From: Octopus vulgaris
Taxonomy: Eukaryota
DNA length: 64,000 bases
Reading direction: 5' to 3'
Assembly (NCBI GenBank): GCA_951406725.2
Contig: OX597824.1
Location: forward strand, 8,184,001-8,248,000
The stretch's first letter is position 1, and each line of letters starts with the position of its first letter. This document shows positions 53,787 to 64,000 of the stretch, piece after piece. The position numbers were made by a program, and so were the translations under genes. A model generated the notes under the pieces. It was not told the origin of the DNA, searched no databases, and was given only the letters and a program-made list of their open reading frames with translations.

Positions 53787-54660
53787 AAATTACGTACACC
53801 ATTTGTGCTTTAGAAAATGTTTTGGGTTTTTTTTGGTGAGGGGGGAGACAAAAATAGTAACCCAATTGAAGATTTTCTTATTTATCAAAAGACGTTTGGT
53901 AGGCTTTTGGAGACAGCACAAATGCATATATATCATCACCATCATTTAACGTCCGCTTTCCATGCTAGCATGGGTTGGACGATTTGACTGAGGTCTGGCG
54001 AACCAGACTCCAATCTGATCTGGCAGAGTTTCTACAGCTGGATGCCCTTCCTAATGCCAACCACTCTAAGAGTGAGACGAGGTGTTCAACCCCTCAAAGA
54101 GGGTAGGAACTTCAAAGAACTGACTAAAAACTTGACAACTGGTTCAATTCATGTCAGAAAATGATTATCATACACACACACACACACATCAACCAGACTA
54201 TCAGATATTGCTAGACACTGCTGGTCACAAATGCACACACCCTTGCATTGTTCTCACTGGCTGGATGGTCAGGCCAACTTTCCTTCAGAACAGAGGGCCA
54301 GGGTCCATCACAGAGTTAGCCATTTACAGGTGAGAAAAACGAAGCCATGTGAAATGAAGTGTTTTGCTCAAGGACACAATGCCAAACCCAGAACTGAAAC
54401 CACAACCTTGCTATTGTGAATATAACACCCTAAACACTGTGGGAACATGCCTCCACATATCTACATCTGTTTTAATAAATATATGCAGGCATGGTTGTGT
54501 GGCTAAGAAATTCACTTTGCAATCATATTCCCAGGTTCAATCCCACTGCACACCACCTTGAGCAACTACCTTCTACTATAAATCCCTCGTGAGTGAATCT
54601 GGTAGACAGAAACAACATGGAAGCCCATCATATCAGTGTGTGTGTGTGTGTATATATATA

Positions 54661-55180
54661 TATAATAAATTAATAAATAAATAAATAAAACATATGCATA
54701 TATACATACATATATGTACGTACCTACCTCTACATGTATATATACATGCGTATATGGGTACAGGACACCAAAAAAACGTCAAACACAATGAGAAACGAAA
54801 ACATAAACACAAAACCAAGGAAATGGACATTTTTTTAAAACAATGAAAAAATAGAGTACAGGACATACAAAACAAGGAAAAATTCCCCTTCTTCAGTCGC
54901 CTTAATTTCATCTACTCCACGTTTCAAAGGTCAAGGCGATACATGACTTCAATGAAATTTTCCTTCCCGCGAAAATCAAATTAAATAAAATTTGAGATTT
55001 TTTTTTGCGGAGGGGTAAAAATGGTAACAAAAACAGGACAGTAACGACAGTACAAAATATAAACAGTAAAAGACAGGACAGAGAATAACAGTAACACAAA
55101 CTTTGACTACACAACACTTTAACAATGGATAGATCCTTGCACGGGATCAAATCACCACAAACACACAGGGAAGACATCTA
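54661..55180 (-). mobile_element. Penelope-like repeat carrying a permuted hammerhead; right boundary uncertain
   Basis: Homologous to 49258-49492; strong A/T strand skew; ribozyme core motifs. Confidence 0.6.
54885..54945 (-). ncRNA. Candidate non-circularly permuted hammerhead ribozyme
   Basis: CAUGU-A-UCGCCUUGA-CCUUU-GAAA-CGUG-12 nt-UUAAGGCGA-CUGAAGA-AGGGG; stems of 9, 5 and 5 bp in register with the core. Confidence 0.65.
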
Positions 55181-55680
55181 ATATAAAACCTCTGGCCAAA
55201 ATCTTGAGCATATCCAGCCATGAACCCCATTCAAGTTTTAGTAAATGCTGCCATTTTTAAGGGTCCAGACCACAAGATATACCCCGTCACCACACAGGTT
55301 GCACTCCTTGAATGTTGAAGGTAGCTTTCAGTCAGCCAATTAGAAAGTCCTGTTTGCTCTGGACTGGTCTGGGCATTTAGTGGGCCGCTGTAAAGCAGCC
55401 TTGTCCAGACAGGAGCAAAGTGAAGTGTATATAAGCCAAGGACATAGGAAAAAAAAGAAATTAAAAAGAAAAACAGTTTTAACAAAAAATCTTCATAGAC
55501 AAAGACATTTAATAAAGAATTCTTCTTCGAAAAGTTAAATACAAATAATACACAGGAGACGCAGTGTACAATAGCTCCAAGTAGGACACCAACTTGTAGC
55601 AGACACACTACAAGTACAGGATATATTGTTTTTAATAATGAATAAAACTGATCATCGATTAGACAAATACCTAGAAAACC

Positions 55681-55725
<45 letters not shown>

Positions 55726-56052
55726 TACATACATATACACACAAATACATGTATGAGTGTGTGTGTGAGTATATATTTATATCTATATATTTTTTGGTAA
55801 ATTTTAAAGCTTCTAAACAATATTCAATAATAATGCAAAATGTATAATATACCAAATTAGATCTGGTTTCTAATTCATAAAGACTCACCCTTGAGTAATC
55901 TAGACTTTAAGATAAAATACACAGACAATTCACTTTACATATCTTATTTTGGTGGTGATTGTCTTTCATTCCCATGTGAACACAAATGAATTTATCGATT
56001 ACTCACTGACAGAATGAATGATTTCTTTCACGTTCTTTTTTGTTTTCTTTCC

Positions 56053-56087
<35 letters not shown>

Positions 56088-56490
56088 TAAAAATAAATGC
56101 ATTTTGATATTTCCCTATTGTCACGGTTTGTCTATTACACAGCACTTCCCAGATCACAGAACAGCTCTCAGTTTCATGGCAAACTCGGTAGATCTATTGA
56201 TCTGAGTGCAAACATGCTATTTGAAGAATGTGTCGTTCTTAGCTAGTTAGCTTAATCTGCCGTGTTTATTTCTGAACTAATCATAGCACCAACAGATTAC
56301 TGTCCCTCCCTCCTCTCTTATATCCAAAACTTGCATAGCACCATTGACATTCACAATCATGTAATGGTGTCAATAACTTTGGATCAGCCATTAACTAACA
56401 GGGAACTTTTACTAAAATGCAACGAAAAAATTATATTTGAGGAATGGGACAAGTCTCACTGCAAACTTCCCAAAAGAAATAGATTCGTTA

Positions 56491-56875
56491 CTAGCAGTAT
56501 AGCCCAGTGCTGTTCGGGTTTGTTTCGACCCATTAGAATTGGAAAAGTAAAAATTTTGCATTATGTAGCTTGTTATTCTCTTTAAGTGAACATTTTTCTG
56601 GTTGAAATACACTGAAAAATGGCGACACAGCAGTAAAAAAAATCGTAAGAAATAGGGATTTTCACAGAAAAAAAGCACCTTTTTGATGTCAATAATTTTT
56701 GGTGTTAACATGGTCTGGTTTGAATTTTTTCTTCTACTGAAGGAAGAGCAAGCCTTCTTCTATCATACTCTCAATTTTGGTCAACTTGCGCCGCAGGGTC
56801 TCGAAGGAGATAGTGTTAGTTGAAGGCTACCAAACCTGTCACACACAGACAACTTCAGCTTTATATAGAGAGAGA
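56491..56875 (-). mobile_element. Non-autonomous Helitron
   Basis: TC...hairpin...CTAG on the minus strand, between A and T. Confidence 0.87.
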
Positions 56876-57094
56876 TTAACACAAGATAACTGTATAACAG
56901 ACAGGATTAGTTAAGTTTTTATGCCAGCATGGGTTAGATGAATATATACTAAGGCAGGTTTTACTGCCAGATGCCCTTGTTGTTGACCCTCACCTATTCT
57001 TTAATAAAAGTACAGAACTACTGAATTATTTTTCAACAGTTTGTAAATTTCCATTCAGTGATGCACAGAATATGAACTAGGCACAGTTCATATT

Positions 57095-57247
57095 GAGTGG
57101 CTGGGTGATGAGTAGCTTGCTTACCGACCACATGGTCCTGGGTTCAGTCCCACTGCATGGCACCATGGGCAAGTGTCTTTTACTATAGCCTCGAGCCAAC
57201 CAAAGCCTTGTGAGTGGATTTGGTAGACGGAAACTGGAAGAAGCCAG

Positions 57248-57295
<48 letters not shown>

Positions 57296-57500
57296 GTGTG
57301 TGTATGTATATGTTTGTCCCCTTGAACATCACTTGACAACCAATGTTGGTGTGTTTACGTCCCCGTAACTTAGCGGTTCAGCAAAAGAGACCGATAGAAT
57401 AAGTACTAGGCTTACAAAGAATAAGTCCTGGGGTCGATTTGCTTGACTAAAGGTGGTGCTCCAGCATGGCCACAGTCAAATGACTCAAACAAGTAAAAGA
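57095..57500 (+). mobile_element. SINE family A, full length
   Basis: Family consensus match. Confidence 0.88.
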
Positions 57501-57882
57501 AATAGAAAATTTATACACACAAGTTTCATACAGCTTCTGTCTGTCATTATGTAGACCAGGGCTAAGAGAGAAGACACTTGCTCAAGATGCAATATGGTGA
57601 GACTAAACCTGAAAGCACATGGTTAAGCCAGTTTTTTTAACCAGCACAACCATGCTCAGAATCAAAATAAGGCCCATGGGGAATACTATAAGTCATGCTG
57701 AAATCCAAAGTATTCATGTCAGGAGCAGAGTGGCAAACTAAACAGTAGATTTGCCAAAGACTCCTTCACCAAGATAACTTAGCATAATGTGATAAAATTA
57801 TATTCCAATAAAATTGCAGATTACTAACAGAGGAGATCAATATGACAATGGAATACATCTCTTTCTCTCTAATTTACTGGGC

Positions 57883-58107
57883 TTAACCCTTTCATTACCA
57901 ACCCGGCTGAAACCACCCAAGGCTCTGAGTATAAATGTCTTGTTTTCATAAGCTCTGAATTAAAATCTTCCACCAAACCTTAGTCACAATTTATGTTCCT
58001 AACACCAGCTTAATGAGAACTGAGTTATTTTACTAAATTATTTGTTATATTTAAAGTAATTAAAACATGGAGCATCTCCAAAATAAATACAGTAACAAAA
58101 GGGTTAA
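57883..58107. mobile_element. piggyBac-type MITE family C
   Basis: TTAACCCTTTCATTAC...GTAACAAAAGGGTTAA. Confidence 0.85.
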
Positions 58108-58613
58108 TACTAATGGTTAGATAAATTCAATCTAAAGCAGTAGATTTGCTGCCCTTCAAAGTATAATCGTTGTTGTTTTAACATTTATCCTTTAACGTCT
58201 ATTTTTTCATGCTGGTATGGGTTGGAGAGTTCCACAAGAACTGGCAAGTCAGAAGACTGCACCAGTTCCTGTTAAAATGAGAATAAAATAAAAACAAATA
58301 TCTACTTTTTAATTTTCAGCACAAAGTATTTTGAAACGTTCATTTGCTCTTAGGAATAATCAACCTACCAACACTTCGTTAGTTTGCCCTTAAGTGCCTT
58401 TCATTAGATTCGGCTATTTTTAACAGACTGTCAAGTAGTTACAGTAGAACTGTGTCAGCACCCAGGTTGCAACTACGCAATGACAGTTTCAACACCTCCA
58501 GAAATAAATTTAAATATAAAATGAATCTAACAGCTTTGTGTGTTATTAAATGACTTCTTCCACAACACAGAGGCTTCAAGTTTATCAATAGCATATAATA
58601 CATCCAGAATATA

Positions 58614-58785
58614 ATCATCATCGTCATCGTTTAACGTCTGCTTTCCATGCTAGCATGGGTTGGACAATTTGACTGAAGACTAGCAAGCCAGGAGGCTGCA
58701 CCAGGCTCCAATCTTGATCTGGCAGAGTTTCTACAGCTGGATGCCCTTCCTAATGCCAACCACTCCGAGAGTGTTGTGGGTGCTT
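58614..58785 (-). mobile_element. Family B 3' fragment (a similar one lies at 53932-54074)
   Basis: Family B consensus match. Confidence 0.78.
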
Positions 58786-60104
58786 TATAAAGTTTATTTT
58801 TGAAAATAGACTGAATTACAAATCACCAAGTCATTAAGAGCAAATGCTTCAGACATGGGGGAAATGTTCATCTGAGCTGTGTTAAAACAAGTGAAGAAAC
58901 TTTGGGGTGCCCACAAAATGTCTACAGACCACAAAACTGTAATCTTAAAAACGGTAACTGCAAATTTTAATTTCTTCAATCTTGGGAAGGTGCGTCAAAT
59001 AACAAACCATACTAAATGCCTGCACTAAAGCACCACAAGATTTTTGAAAGGTTATACAAACAGATGAAATCTCAGAAGTAGGGATGTTAACCAAAAAAGA
59101 AATAAAATAAAATTATAACAACAACAACAAAAAAAAGAAATCGGTAAATCTTAGAAAAGAAAAACAAATGAAAAGAAATTGAACGCAATATAACATCATG
59201 CGTTTGTGTGATCAAATTGCTGGAGCTTTCCTTCAGGAAGAATGCAAATTAAAGCACAGATCAAATATCGTTTGAACTTTATTTGAAATACTAACAGCGA
59301 GAAACAATTCCGGTAATCAGCTAATTCTAAATCAATAAATAATAGAACTATAGAAATTTCCACGACGCACAAGTAAGCAGAGTTTAAATTTAAAAAAAAA
59401 AAAAAAAGACAAAAGGACAAACAAACCTAAAAATACCCCTATTTCTGAAAGATTACTGCACTTAGCTGTGATAGTTAATAGTTGTCACCTTAGTGAAGAA
59501 TTATCCCCTTTAAAAAAAAAATTTTTTTTTTTTCTTTTTAAATTCCAGACTTGAAATTACAACCATCTCCGTTACCGCCACCCTCAGGAATAATATAATA
59601 AGCATCAAATAGTGGGTAGTTGATATATAGTTAAGTGCAACTTTGGAAGAAAATCAATGGTTTACGAAGAAAATCAATGAATTCCATAATCACAGAGAAG
59701 ACGGTTACATATAAACAACAGATTTTGATAATACCGAAAAATAAGTTTTCATACTTTCTCTAATGCAGTTCTATATATGAACAAACATTTGTTGTCACTA
59801 ACACCTATTATTATTATCAAGAACTGCTTCAAATGAATTCGTTAAATTGCAGGTAAGAAACAGTAGATTCATCTCTGTTATTTGTTCGTCTGACGTCTGT
59901 CTTTCCGTGCAAGCATGGCTCAGACAGAAAATTGATTTGTGAGGCAGTATTTTATGGCCAGGCGCTCTCCCTGTCACCAACCTCACTTGGTTTTATATTA
60001 CACAAGTCTGTGATGATGACAACCGGTCGCAATATATCAACATCAGCACTGCTGTGCTTTCGTGGTGACAAGCAAAATATCAAGATTCTTCACCCACACA
60101 CACA

Positions 60105-60350
60105 TTTGGCACATAAAAAGCACTATTCTAGTGTTGTCGATGCCAGTGCCACCTAACTGGCCCCAATGCTAGAGGCACGTAAAAAGTACCACTACACACT
60201 CAGAGTGGTTGGCGTTAGCAAGGGCATCCAGCTGTTGAAACCTTGCCAGATCAGATTAGAGCCATGTGCAGCCTCCTGGCTTGCCAGTCCTCAGTCGAAC
60301 CGTCCAACCCATGCCAGCAGGAAATACAGACGTTAAACGATGATGATGAT
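60105..60350 (+). mobile_element. SINE-like family B
   Basis: Ends GACGTTAAACGATGATGATGAT. Confidence 0.8.
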
Positions 60351-60682
60351 CACACACACACTCGCACACTACACACGCACATTAATACACAATGTACTTA
60401 ATATAGTTTATGTCTGACTATATTCACTCATAAGGCATGGGTTGTTCGGGGGTTAAAATATGAAAACTAATGCAAAGTGCCATGCAGTGGGACTGAACTC
60501 AAAACTGCATGGTTGTAAAGCTAACGTCTTAACCACACAGCTATGCTTGTACTTACTGCTGGTAGAAGTCAGGAGATAAATAAAATTGGAATTATTCCCA
60601 AAATGAAACCATCACTAATAAAACCAACCCCCATAAATTATGCACCAGAGTCAGAAGATCTAAAAAAAAAAACCATTTAGAA

Positions 60683-61151
60683 CAGGGGGTTGTTGGCAAA
60701 GTGCTTGATATTGACCCCTGGAGTCTATGTGGCTACTCAAAGGGGTCGATAAACACCAGAAATGATTTTGTACATTAAGAGGTCTGAATTATTGGTGAAA
60801 TGAATCTGGGGGAGCTCTGTAACTGGAGGCTAAAACTCATTAATTTCCAGCCTAAATATCGATGTATTTAATTAGCATTCACATATATTTTACATTAAAT
60901 ATTCCAACTATATCGATATAATATGACTGAATTTTTATTGTTCGTTATCAATTCATTAAATTTCTTTATTTCTTATTAAAAAGTCATAATGATACAAAAG
61001 AAAGAATTACTGTTTGTAAATCAAGAATTCCTTTTTATTAATTATATTTTGCAATTCTACATTACAAATTTGCATATTGGGGGCAAGTCAATGAGTTAAC
61101 AATTCCACAAAGTGGGATGGTCAATGCTACAAGAAGGTTTGCCAACCTCTG
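60683..61151. mobile_element. hAT-superfamily MITE
   Basis: Imperfect TIRs CAGGGGGTTGTTGGCAAA / TTTGCCAACCTCTG; perfect 8-bp target duplication ATTTAGAA (60675-60682, 61152-61159). Confidence 0.8.
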
Positions 61152-61203
61152 ATTTAGAAAACTAAATACATCATTACTTTTTATTTGTTTTAAGATCACA
61201 TCT

Positions 61204-61440
61204 TTAATTCATTAGCATTTAAACCATTGAAACCAGCCATACCCAGCCCAAATATTCAACCTACTTTATGTTAAAACTGACCAGATCTGATCTCTCACAC
61301 CTACCCTACAATGTCATTCTAAAAATATACAAATGCACCATTGAAATCTTGAAGCTACAAAATGATGCAGGATTAATTCGAAACAATGTGGATAAATAAG
61401 CATTAGACTGGACTGAGTAATCTCAATGCCAAAGGGTTAA
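61204..61440. mobile_element. piggyBac-type MITE family G (another copy at about 26228-26430)
   Basis: TTAATTCATTAGCATT...AATGCCAAAGGGTTAA. Confidence 0.72.
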
Positions 61441-61596
61441 AATATTATGGATTTCAGTTAAGGAATTCACACTGAGAAGGAATAAAAAGCAGTGCAAGTT
61501 GGAAAATGGCAATCATGAAAACCTAACTTACAGCTGAGTTAATGCTACATATTTAACACAATCCAAACTACAGACATGTACAATTGACTCTTATCT

Positions 61597-61967
61597 ACCG
61601 CCTGACTGGCCCCAATGCCATGGCAACCGCCTGACTGGCACCCGTGCCATGGCATGTAAAAGGGCACCATTCGAGCTTGATCATTACCAATGTCGCCTTA
61701 CTGGCACCTGTGCCAGTGGCATGTGTAAAATGATTCGAGCGAGGTCGTTGCCAGTACCGCCTTGACTGCCCACCCCCCGTACCGGTGACACGTAAAAACC
61801 ATCCACTACACTCTCGGAGTGGTTGGCGTTAGCAAGGCATCCAGCTGTAGAAACTCTGCCAGATCAAGATTGGAGCCTGGTGCAGCCATCTGGTTCGCCA
61901 GCCCTCAGTCAAAATCGTCCAACCCATGCTAGCATGGAAAGCGGACATTAAACGATGATGATGATGA
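61597..61967 (+). mobile_element. SINE-like family B
   Basis: Tandem 5' subunits and (GAT)n tail. Confidence 0.82.
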
Positions 61968-62238
61968 AATCCCAGTATCACCAACATGCATGTTTACAGA
62001 CAGGCATAAATCTTAAAGACGCTACACGTGCCCTACTAGATGTGAAATCCCAGTGAGGCATAAATGCATCATTTTAGGGTCCATTAAATAATATTTGATT
62101 GGTTGTTGTCCATTAAATTCTGGAGAAAAGAGATCATCTCTGCTGTGTGCTGTCCACCACTGGTAGAAATAGTGTTAAAACAAAGAACTTTGAAATGAGA
62201 AGGTACTGGTGAAAAAAAAACAAGATTAGATCCCTTAC

Positions 62239-62309
62239 TTGAGGTGCAGAAATGGGTTAGTGACACAAGAGCATCCAAAAGTGAAACAAGGACTCAATAA
62301 AAAGTTCAT
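62239..62309 (-). CDS. Candidate first coding exon MNFLLSPCFTFGCSCVTNPFLHL (phase 2)
   Basis: ATG at 62309, open for 71 nt to AA|GTAAGG in unique sequence. Confidence 0.25.
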
Positions 62310-63680
62310 GCCACCCACACTAGAATGAAAATAAATGGAAATTGAATGAACAAATGAATTCCAAAAGCTAATATTCATTTTTTGCAGCAAATACAGAAGA
62401 CAATTCCAGACATGGTTCCATCATTTTCCTGACTTCAAAAGCAAAGCCATGGCCTCCAATGTACTGGCCAGTTTTGATAATGAAAGAATTGCTCACCATA
62501 AAATGTACAAGACTATGCAGAGACCGGCATAAGAAAACAGAAATTTTTTTAGAGAATAAATAATTCAGAGATGGCATCCAAGACAGGAAACATTACCATT
62601 TTAGTAACAATGGAACCAACAACCAACAGAGATAACACACTCGCATGTGGTTATGTCTGAATCCTGTCTATAAATAAAATATGGTATTCAAACATCTAAA
62701 CATACCATCTTGATTGATTTTCAAAAGATTACAACAAGCAAACTTAAATTTTCTTCTTTCATTTTTTTTTGTTTTCCTACCTGTCTGATTAACTTTGTCT
62801 AAATTCTATTTTGTATGTCCAAATTTCAGCTTACATTTTCAAAAGAAACGAATTGCTTCAAATCTGACAGTATGTGTGTTTGTGTGCATACATGCGCACA
62901 CCAAACTAATTTTTCTTTTTATCTTCCTTGTCAGGAGTGATGGCCATATCTGTCACTTTCCACAGGGCCTGAGAGATTGGTGGGAAGGAGAGAGAGAGAG
63001 AGGGAAAGCTACCTTCAAGCCAGAAACCTGACACCAAATGCCTGCAACTTGGTGAACTCTGCTAAAGACACCCGAGGTGCCAGGTGATGGTGGTGTTGAA
63101 TCAGCCACTGGATGAGGCCAACCACCCAAGTAGGCCAGAGTGAGATTTGAACTCAGAATGCAAACAGTGGAAATACAACAAAGTATCCAGTTCAATATGT
63201 TTACAGTTCCACCAACCCATTAACTGAAGATTGGTATTTATTTTTCTTGAGCTTAAAAGGATGAAAGCAAAATTCACCTCTGTGAGATTTGCCAAACATT
63301 AGAACTAATACCAAGAGGCACTCTATCCAACATTCTGCCGCTTCACTGTCTTAAATCCTTTGGTAACAACCCATCAGAAAGCACACCTATTTTTATGATA
63401 TACAGCATTGCTTTTAAGGTCGTCTAAATTAGAACCTGCCAAAATAATTTTGGTAATTTCACTTTGAAGCAAGCTTAATGACAAAATTATTTTACTAAGT
63501 TCATTATAGACAGAGAACACCAATGGAAAATACAGAAACTAAAAGAAGCAGCACATATGCTAGGACACAACAACCTCCTAAGCAGACCGAAAGCAGATAT
63601 GAGTAGCATATAGGAACCGGTATTAGGGAAGGATAGGAAAATATTAGATTTAAAAGCCCTAAAAATTCACTCCATAATTG

Positions 63681-63909
63681 CCAAGATTCTGAGTTTGATT
63701 CCAGGCAGTGACCTGAATAATAATATCGAAATATACCTTAGGAATGAGAACCCAGGTTTGAAATTTCCCCAACACACCTGATGAAGGCTGGAGGGTATAT
63801 CAGCCGAAACATTGAGTTAACAACGTACAAGATGAGGACAAATATCCGTCAAATGTAAATAATATAAATAATAATGTACATAATTCCTCATCTCTTAAAT
63901 ATAGAACTG
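63681..63909 (+). mobile_element. Family F element: B-box-like remnant, (AAT)n, hammerhead motif (about 63773-63818)
   Basis: GAGTTTGATTCCAGGCAGTG...ACACCTGATGAAGGCTGGAGGGTATATCAGCCGAAAC; matches 45128-45288. Confidence 0.75.
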
Positions 63910-64000
63910 TATTTTCCTAAATTCATTATATCTAAAATTAATTGAAACACAGGCAATGTAGTTTAACAGAAGTATGATAACAAAACAGTTAAAACATTAG

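Noticed and set aside
55231-55740. 169-aa minus-strand ORF
   Set aside because: Starts in a microsatellite and is hydrophobic because of T-rich skew; no domain recognised

Overview
AT-rich animal DNA packed with repeats. The repeat repertoire (tRNA-derived SINEs, (TA)/(CA) microsatellites, RTE LINE relics) looks like an Octopus-type cephalopod genome; this is recognition, not a database result. There is no long credible CDS, and nearly all listed ORFs are artefacts of microsatellites or SINEs. The window is probably intronic or 5' territory of a minus-strand gene, because several short ATG-initiated segments end in GT donors, many in phase 2. Mobile elements present: at least five SINE families, two piggyBac-type MITE families (TTAA|CCC...GGG|TTAA), a hAT MITE, four non-autonomous Helitrons and two RTE LINE fragments. 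The main discovery is hammerhead-ribozyme motifs in four unrelated Penelope-like repeat families, each family showing inverted-repeat structure. Three families carry minimal type-I hammerheads with palindromic stem III. The fourth (54885-54945, minus) has all core elements and three stems but with its strands in a non-circularly permuted, pseudoknotted order. Element boundaries were read by eye and may be off by a few bases.
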